Shown piece after piece: positions 26,721-32,064 of a stretch of 32,064 nt of DNA. A program made the translations under genes and the position numbers. The notes beneath the pieces were generated by a model. It saw only the letters and a program-made list of their open reading frames with translations. It made no database searches and had not been told where the DNA came from. The stretch lies in IMG/VR virus record IMGVR_UViG_3300009075_000013, positions 1 to 32,064 of that record. The stretch is one strand, 5' to 3'. Origin of the DNA: a virus (taxonomy: Duplodnaviria > Caudoviricetes). Position 1 is the stretch's first letter. Every line of letters starts with the position of its first letter.

Positions 26721-27265
26721 CAAACGAATTAAACGAAATAGCGAACAAGATCAAGTCAAAGATTCCTTTCTTTGACAAATTCTTTCTTGAAGCGCGTCGC
26801 GACGAAGAAGGCCGCGTCACTTTGCCGATTGAATCGAACGGAAACGAATTGACTTATACCGGAATAACTGACAACGAAGGAAACTTCTTTTATATTCGCT
26901 TTCGCGAAGACTTCATTTTTTACGAAGAACTGAACGAAAAATCCAGGTTTTCGGCTTGTGAAACATTTGTCGAAAAAAGAATTCCGTTTCGACTTGTGAC
27001 CGTTTCAACTTGTTCAGATTCGATCGAACTTGAAAAGACGATTTCTTCAATCTTATTCAGTCACCAGGTCGAAAGATCAACTTCAATCAAATCGGGCCGG
27101 GTTGTTCTTCGTCAATCGCTTGTTGATTCTTATTCAGTCCTTCGCGAAGAATCGAAGAATCCGAAAAAGTTTGACAAGTTTCTGAAATTTGTCGCGATCG
27201 ACTTTGATCTTGTTGTTGAATGGAATCAAACTTGTTCTTTCGGTCAATCTTTAACCGCTAATTAA
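26717..27265 (+). CDS. Probable tail terminator (182 aa)
   Basis: Position after the neck gene; alpha/beta pattern ending in a beta strand. Confidence 0.5.
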   Translation: MTNELNEIANKIKSKIPFFDKFFLEARRDEEGRVTLPIESNGNELTYTGITDNEGNFFYIRFREDFIFYEELNEKSRFSACETFVEKRIPFRLVTVSTCSDSIELEKTISSILFSHQVERSTSIKSGRVVLRQSLVDSYSVLREESKNPKKFDKFLKFVAIDFDLVVEWNQTCSFGQSLTAN

Positions 27266-27273
27266 TAGAAAAA

Positions 27274-27558
27274 ATGAACGTCAACAATCCTTTCAACGAA
27301 TACAACTTGAACACTAATTTCACAACCGATTCAGGCGTCAATCTGATTCTTCCTTCGTGGTGGGTTGATCAGTTCTTTTTTTATGCTGATCGTCAGAAAT
27401 ATGAAGTAATCGTTTCTTTTAAAGATCAAACAAACGAAGTTTCTTATCTTATTCCGGTTGAATTTAGTTCAAACGCGAACGAACTTCCGACGGTTGCTTT
27501 TATTGAAGATCAGATCCTTCAAATATCAACTTTCAATCAATCAACTTTAAAACCTTAA
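27274..27558 (+). CDS. Hypothetical protein (94 aa)
   Basis: TAGAAAAAATG leader. Confidence 0.7.
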   Translation: MNVNNPFNEYNLNTNFTTDSGVNLILPSWWVDQFFFYADRQKYEVIVSFKDQTNEVSYLIPVEFSSNANELPTVAFIEDQILQISTFNQSTLKP

Positions 27559-27560
27559 AA

Positions 27561-27872
27561 ATGCTTTGTAATTGCTCAAAAGATTTAGGCTGCTTCCTTC
27601 CTGGTCAAGACATTAATTTCGGCGTGAACGCCTTTTGTACCGGTGAATATACTTTCGAAGTTTGGTCGCGCGGCCTTCCGGTTCTTGTTCTTGTTGAATT
27701 TGAAGTCGGCGATCCGATCGTTCTTCCGAATACTTTCACCGAACAAGGAGAAACGACAATCAAGATCAAAGTTCCTGGCGATTGTGGTCGTCCTGAAGGC
27801 TTTGAATACATAACAACAACCGACGGCGCTTGTCAATTCAAGTTCAAGTCCCTTGTTTCAACTTGTTCTTGA
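27561..27872 (+). CDS. Small Cys-rich beta protein (103 aa, 7 Cys)
   Basis: Starts MLCNCSKDLGC; adjacent to the CxxC membrane gene. Confidence 0.75.
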   Translation: MLCNCSKDLGCFLPGQDINFGVNAFCTGEYTFEVWSRGLPVLVLVEFEVGDPIVLPNTFTEQGETTIKIKVPGDCGRPEGFEYITTTDGACQFKFKSLVSTCS

Positions 27873-27874
27873 TA

Positions 27875-28309
27875 ATGAATAACAATTTCGAACGCCTTCT
27901 TCTGATCGGATCCGGCGCCGTTTTTGGATTCTTGCTTTCGCTTTTCTTTTCAGGATCAGCCGAATTCTTGAAGCCGTTCTTTGTCGCGTTATTGTTGGCG
28001 GTTGTTTCTTCGCTTGCTTCCTTTTTCCTGGAATTTTGCTTTCGCGAAGGAAACATTTTTGACTTTTGGATCAAGTTCCTGAATCGTTACTTTTACGAAA
28101 ACGAAAAGAATCTTTTGCTGAAATTCTTATATAAACCTTTAGGCGGTTGCGCGCTATGCTTCAATATTTGGCTTTCAACAACGTTCTTTTTTGTTTACTT
28201 CTTCGCCTTTGGCGCGTCAATTTCGTTTCTTTGGTGGCTTCTTCCTTCGCTTTTCTTGTCACACTTATTTCTTTTTTATACCTTTAAGCACTTTGATTTC
28301 GAATCTTGA
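27875..28309 (+). CDS. Four-TM membrane protein with CxxC (resembles DUF1360; candidate thiol oxidoreductase, 144 aa)
   Basis: KPLGGCALCFNIW at the start of TM3; ATG 27875 follows the upstream stop. Confidence 0.65.
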   Translation: MNNNFERLLLIGSGAVFGFLLSLFFSGSAEFLKPFFVALLLAVVSSLASFFLEFCFREGNIFDFWIKFLNRYFYENEKNLLLKFLYKPLGGCALCFNIWLSTTFFFVYFFAFGASISFLWWLLPSLFLSHLFLFYTFKHFDFES

Positions 28310-28335
28310 CTTTTGTCAAAGATTTTTGTTGACTG

Positions 28336-28360
28336 AAGGCCCTACAAAATAGGGCCTTTT
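28336..28360 (+). terminator. Terminator closing the late region
   Basis: AAGGCCCTA-caaaa-TAGGGCCTT followed by a T-rich tract. Confidence 0.85.
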
Positions 28361-28409
28361 GTTGTTTTCAACGTTTGATTGTGCAAAACTGCAAAGATTT
28401 TTTTTTGAC

Positions 28410-28445
28410 TTGTTGTTGCGAATTCAATTCTTTGTTGTATGTTTG
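28410..28445 (+). promoter_or_regulatory. Probable main early promoter
   Basis: TATGTTTG at 28438 with TTGTTGTT upstream (as at 1824), in a long intergenic gap. Confidence 0.6.
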
Positions 28446-28483
28446 TCAAGTCAATAAGACGAAAAAACGAAAATCAAGGTAAA

Positions 28484-28813
28484 ATGAAAAATGTAATTTT
28501 AAAAAAAGAAGCGAATATTTTCGGAATAACTTATTCTTATTCAATCTATTTCAATGAAAAATATTCACAAATCAGAATTGAAGAATACAAAAACAACGAT
28601 TATAACGGTGAAATCTTCGAAGGCTTAACGATTGAAAAATCAATTGATCGACTTTCTGTTTTAATGGAATCCGAATCGAAAGTTCTTTTTGAAAACGATT
28701 TTTGTTTAATATTTAGCGTTTCTTCTATTTGGATAAGGTTTGACAAAGTTTTGAAATCTTTTTCAGAGGTTGAATATTACAACGACTTATCAGGAGCCTT
28801 AATAAAAAAATAA
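28484..28813 (+). CDS. Hypothetical early protein (109 aa)
   Basis: ATG after AATCAAGGTAAA leader; AT-rich. Confidence 0.75.
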   Translation: MKNVILKKEANIFGITYSYSIYFNEKYSQIRIEEYKNNDYNGEIFEGLTIEKSIDRLSVLMESESKVLFENDFCLIFSVSSIWIRFDKVLKSFSEVEYYNDLSGALIKK

Positions 28814-28831
28814 CTTAAATAAAAAAACAAA

Positions 28832-28856
28832 AAGGCCCGGAAAAGATCCGGGCCTT
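28832..28856. terminator. 10-bp GC-rich hairpin (antisense terminator or mRNA stabiliser)
   Basis: AAGGCCCGGA-aaaga-TCCGGGCCTT with an A-run on its 5' side. Confidence 0.6.
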
Positions 28857-28876
28857 CAAAATCAAATCAAAGTAAA

Positions 28877-29077
28877 ATGACAACAAAAATCAAAATCAAT
28901 TCATTCGAAGGACAATCGTTCGAAAGCGAAGAAGCCTTTCTTTTTACTTTTAAAGGCCACAACGACGCCTTTTGTATAAACTTGAACGCTGAATGTATTC
29001 ATTCGGTTAAAAGTTTGTCAGCGCACAAAAAAAAGGTTCAAGAATTAGTTTCAAAATTTAATTTAACAGAAGCGTAA
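28877..29077 (+). CDS. Hypothetical early protein (66 aa)
   Basis: Leader motif and ATG. Confidence 0.75.
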   Translation: MTTKIKINSFEGQSFESEEAFLFTFKGHNDAFCINLNAECIHSVKSLSAHKKKVQELVSKFNLTEA

Positions 29078-29634
29078 TGAAAGAAATAATTGACTTCAGA
29101 AATGCCGCAAAGATTATCAACGTTAGATCTTGGGGTTGTCACGGCGAACAATCAGATTCAACGAAGAAGATTGTCAATTTTTTAGATGAAACAATTTTCA
29201 CCGAACTTGATCTTTTTCATTTGTATTCTGACAAGTTTATTGAATTCTATATTCAAAACCAGGATTTCGAAAGGTCGGTTGAATTTTGGTTCGCCGTTTA
29301 TATCGCCGACGATTTGGCGAAATCAAAAGCAAAAATGAATTTTGACAATTGCTTTTTTTATATAAACGAAAAACAAGGATCTTCTTCTTCAGTTCGTCGC
29401 CGTTACGCCTGGAATTTATATCGTTCCTTGAATACTGAACAAAGAATGTTCTTGATCAAAATTCTTTTTATCAACGAAGAACTTTCTGATCCTCAAAAAA
29501 CTTCAACGCTGAAATCTATTCCGATCGAAATAGTTCAAGCGATTCTTCAAAAGGAAGAAGTGAACGAATTCAACGGCGTTTATTCGATGCAAATGATCAA
29601 AGAAATCACTTTAATAATTCACACAACAAAGTAA
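29077..29634 (+). CDS. Hypothetical protein (185 aa)
   Basis: TAATG-coupled ORF. Confidence 0.75.
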   Translation: MKEIIDFRNAAKIINVRSWGCHGEQSDSTKKIVNFLDETIFTELDLFHLYSDKFIEFYIQNQDFERSVEFWFAVYIADDLAKSKAKMNFDNCFFYINEKQGSSSSVRRRYAWNLYRSLNTEQRMFLIKILFINEELSDPQKTSTLKSIPIEIVQAILQKEEVNEFNGVYSMQMIKEITLIIHTTK

Positions 29635-29653
29635 CAATCAAAATCAAAATAAA

Positions 29654-30115
29654 ATGAAAAGTCTAATTCAATCAATCGAAGACGTTCGTCTTTCAAAAAC
29701 AAACGTTTCTGAAGCGGTTAAAACTATAATCGCTGAAGCCGAAGCCGGTTTCGAAGATCCGATCAAATTACTTACAAAAGTCGCCTTTCTTGAAAAGATT
29801 GTGACTGAAGCAAAAAAAGAATTAATTCAATTGTCGCTTGAAGAAATGGCCGAAGAAAAAAGAACGATCGCCGGCGTTTCGTTATCAAAGAAGGAAGCCG
29901 GCGCGCGTTACGATTATTCTGATTCGCCGAATTGGATCAAACAAAACGAAGTCAAAAAGGCTGAAGAACAAAAGTTGAAGGATATTGAAGCGCGCTTGAA
30001 GACGGTCAAAGGATCCGAAACTATCGTTGACGAAGAATCCGGCGAAATCTTTCAAGTATTTCAGCCGTCAAAGAAATCAACAACAACAATCGAAATAACT
30101 TTTCCGAAAGATTAA
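29654..30115 (+). CDS. Hypothetical phage protein next to the recombinase (153 aa)
   Basis: Coiled coil, YDYS..W and DEESGEI motifs. Confidence 0.75.
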   Translation: MKSLIQSIEDVRLSKTNVSEAVKTIIAEAEAGFEDPIKLLTKVAFLEKIVTEAKKELIQLSLEEMAEEKRTIAGVSLSKKEAGARYDYSDSPNWIKQNEVKKAEEQKLKDIEARLKTVKGSETIVDEESGEIFQVFQPSKKSTTTIEITFPKD

Positions 30116-30119
30116 TTCG

Positions 30120-30129
30120 TATATTTGCA
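30120..30129 (+). promoter_or_regulatory. Bacteroidota -7 promoter box
   Basis: TATATTTGCA, intergenic before the recombinase. Confidence 0.65.
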
Positions 30130-30158
30130 ATAAATAATCAATTTAAAATCAAAGTAAA

Positions 30159-31202
30159 ATGAAAAACGAAATCAAAAAAAGCGAAGAACAACTGAACGAA
30201 TCAGTTCTTCTTGATTATCTTAAAACGTTGAACAATCACTTGACCGACGTTGAAACAAATCAATTTCTTCAAATATCAAAAGGATTCGGCCTGAATCCTT
30301 TCAAGCGTGAAATTTACGCTTCGAAATACGGCGGAAACTTTTCAATCGTTGTCGGTTACGAAACTTATATTAAGCGCGCTGAAAGATCAGGACTTCTTGA
30401 CGGTTGGAAAGTTACAACTTCAGGTTCGTTCAATCAGGCCGCGCCGCGTTCTTCTGATCTGAAAGCAATTATAACGATCTTCAGAAGTGACTTCAAGCAC
30501 CCGTTCGAACACGAAGTCGAATTCGCTGAATATTGTCAATTTACAAAAGAAGGTCACGTCACGAAGTTTTGGAAAGAAAAGCCGATCACAATGATAAAAA
30601 AAGTAGCTATTTCGCAAGGTTTCCGGCTTTGTTTTTCTGACGAATTAGGCGGCTTGCCTTATACGAAAGAAGAAATCGGACAAGAAGAAATTCAATTCAC
30701 AACCGTTTCAAGCGAACCTTTGAAGAAAAGCGCCGAACCTTTAAGCGTTCAAGTATTAAAAGAAGAACCGAAAATCAACGAAGAAGCGGTTCTTCAGAAC
30801 GCTTTGAAAATTATTTCTTTGAATGTTACAATCGACGCTTTGACGAAAACCTGGAATTCTTTCACGGCCTTAAAAACGAATCAAAAATTCATTGACGCCG
30901 TAAAGAAAAGACGCGTTGAAATTGAATCAAAGGTCCAGGAAGAACAACCTGAATCGACGATCGAAACCGTCCAGGAAGAAGAATCTTCTTCAGAAATGAA
31001 GGCGCCTAAAATTGAAAAGGAATTCGAAACAAAAGACTTTTCAAATTCTTGTCTTGTAAAAGACGCGATCGCAAAGATCAAGGAATTCGAAACGATTGAA
31101 GAAGTTGAAGAATTCGTCACGTTTGAAAGCCGCGAATCAGTTATTCAAGCCAAAGAAAAAAGAATTGAATTTTTAACCTTTAAAACGAACGAAAATGTTT
31201 GA
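30159..31202 (+). CDS. bet: Red-beta/RecT-family single-strand annealing protein
   Basis: GLNPFKREIY, IVVGYETYIKRA, WKEKPITMIKKVAISQGFRLCF..LGGLPYTKEE. Confidence 0.9.
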   Translation: MKNEIKKSEEQLNESVLLDYLKTLNNHLTDVETNQFLQISKGFGLNPFKREIYASKYGGNFSIVVGYETYIKRAERSGLLDGWKVTTSGSFNQAAPRSSDLKAIITIFRSDFKHPFEHEVEFAEYCQFTKEGHVTKFWKEKPITMIKKVAISQGFRLCFSDELGGLPYTKEEIGQEEIQFTTVSSEPLKKSAEPLSVQVLKEEPKINEEAVLQNALKIISLNVTIDALTKTWNSFTALKTNQKFIDAVKKRRVEIESKVQEEQPESTIETVQEEESSSEMKAPKIEKEFETKDFSNSCLVKDAIAKIKEFETIEEVEEFVTFESRESVIQAKEKRIEFLTFKTNENV

Positions 31203-31593
31203 CCGAAAAGCCGCCTTGTTGAAAGAAGAAATAATTGAAAAATTCGGAAGCGTTCGCGCCTTCGCGATTCATAAAGATCAAACGCTTTGTAAGTGGACGA
31301 TAATTCGCGCGCTTCGTTGCGAAGTGAAAAAGGATCTTAATTCAGTTTTGAACGAAATTTCAAAAAATATAAACAAATTGAATCCGGACAAGAAAAAGAT
31401 TTCAGAAGGTCAACGCGAACTTATCAGGCGAACGATCTTGATTCACTTTCGAAGCGCTTCAAAGTTTTGTGAAACTTATCAACAATTTTCGAAGACTTTT
31501 GTTTCTGACATTCTTCGCGGAAAAAAAACTTTGTACGACGATCGAACGAAGAACCTTTTTGAAATAATTGTTGAATTCACTTCAAAGAATTAA
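31195..31593 (+). CDS. Regulator with two tandem Cro/XRE-like HTH repeats (132 aa)
   Basis: IIEKFGSVRAFA..WTIIRALR and ILIHFRSASKFC..TFVSDILRGKK. Confidence 0.6.
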   Translation: MFDRKAALLKEEIIEKFGSVRAFAIHKDQTLCKWTIIRALRCEVKKDLNSVLNEISKNINKLNPDKKKISEGQRELIRRTILIHFRSASKFCETYQQFSKTFVSDILRGKKTLYDDRTKNLFEIIVEFTSKN

Positions 31594-31597
31594 AAGA

Positions 31598-32064
31598 ATG
31601 GCTGAAGAAAAGAAAGGCGTTATTATTTACGCCGATTATATCAATACTTTCGAAGAACTTGACGACGACGAAGCCGGAAGATTGATCAAGCACTTCTTCC
31701 GATATGTTAACGACCTGAATCCTGAACCGCCTGACAAGTTGACGAAGATCGCTTTTGAACCGATCAAACAACAATTGAAACGCGATCTTGAAAAATGGTC
31801 AAACACAAGGGAAAAACGAAGCCGGGCCGGTCAAATTTCAGCGTCAAAACGTGCTGAACAAGCGTTGACAAAGGATCAACAAGATTCAACAAATTCAACA
31901 AATGTTCAACAAGATTCAACAAATTCAACTGTAATATGTAACAGTAACAGTAACAGTAACAGTAACAGTAACAGTAATGAATTAATAGTAAAAGGACGAA
32001 AGGCTTTTCGTCCGCCTACCGTTGAAGAAGTTTTTGAATATTGTCAAGAAAGAAAAAACGCCGT
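31598..32064 (+). CDS. Replication initiator/replisome organiser, 5' part (wraps to 380; ~212-214 aa in total)
   Basis: ATG at 31598 reads MAEEKKGVIIYADYINTFEELDDDEAGRLIKHFFRY (resembles DUF6291-type N-termini) and is in frame with 9..380 through the terminal repeat; absent from the ORF track. Confidence 0.8.
   Translation, partial: MAEEKKGVIIYADYINTFEELDDDEAGRLIKHFFRYVNDLNPEPPDKLTKIAFEPIKQQLKRDLEKWSNTREKRSRAGQISASKRAEQALTKDQQDSTNSTNVQQDSTNSTVICNSNSNSNSNSNSNELIVKGRKAFRPPTVEEVFEYCQERKNA
31857..32064. repeat. Terminal direct repeat, right copy (circularisation overlap)
   Basis: Matches 1..202 plus one extra hexamer. Confidence 0.95.

Larger units (their letters stand above)
1..32064 (+). mobile_element. 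Complete circularly permuted tailed phage genome (~31.86 kb unit), probable Bacteroidota host
   Basis: Terminal redundancy; terminase, portal, capsid, tape measure, lysis and replication genes all on + strand; TAnnTTTG promoters; no SD sites. Confidence 0.93.

Noticed and set aside
27875-28309. Calling the 4-TM protein a holin
   Set aside because: Better holin candidates exist at 25746 and 26026, and CxxC is not a holin feature; not formally excluded.
120-31774. Minus-strand ORFs and nested alternate-frame + ORFs in the track
   Set aside because: They overlap well-supported + genes and lack motifs or leaders, so they are treated as shadow ORFs. The exception is 7099..7284, kept as the frameshift extension.
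1-32064. Stop-codon reassignment, since TAG is rare
   Set aside because: Genes tile densely under the standard code, and TAG ends the portal gene (18217-18219) just before the next ATG.

Overview
This window appears to be a complete, circularly permuted ~31.86-kb tailed phage (siphovirus-like) genome: bases 1-202 recur at 31857-32064, with one extra AACAGT unit. Every credible gene is on the + strand. TAnnTTTG promoter boxes and A-rich leaders without Shine-Dalgarno sites point to a Bacteroidota host. The modules are replication/recombination (Bet-like recombinase, initiator with internal iteron-like repeats, putative helicase loader, SSB), small early and membrane genes, TerS/TerL, and then an unusual order: tail chaperone (-1 frameshift), tape measure, tail tip, portal, MuF-like protein with a metallopeptidase extension, scaffold, major capsid, tail tube, endolysin, connectors and holins. 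I recognised no integrase, DNA polymerase or methyltransferase. The top hypothesis (inference) is a phage-encoded thiol-oxidation system. Shell proteins are Cys-rich while tape measure, scaffold and chaperone have no Cys; a 4-TM protein carries a probably cytoplasm-facing CxxC; and an unannotated MACNCG peptide shares a 22-bp leader with the capsid gene. Also notable are tandem H-type pseudoknots in the capsid 5' UTR and near-elimination of GAG/CTC from the genome. Product calls rest on motif recognition and synteny, not database searches, and all counts were made by eye.
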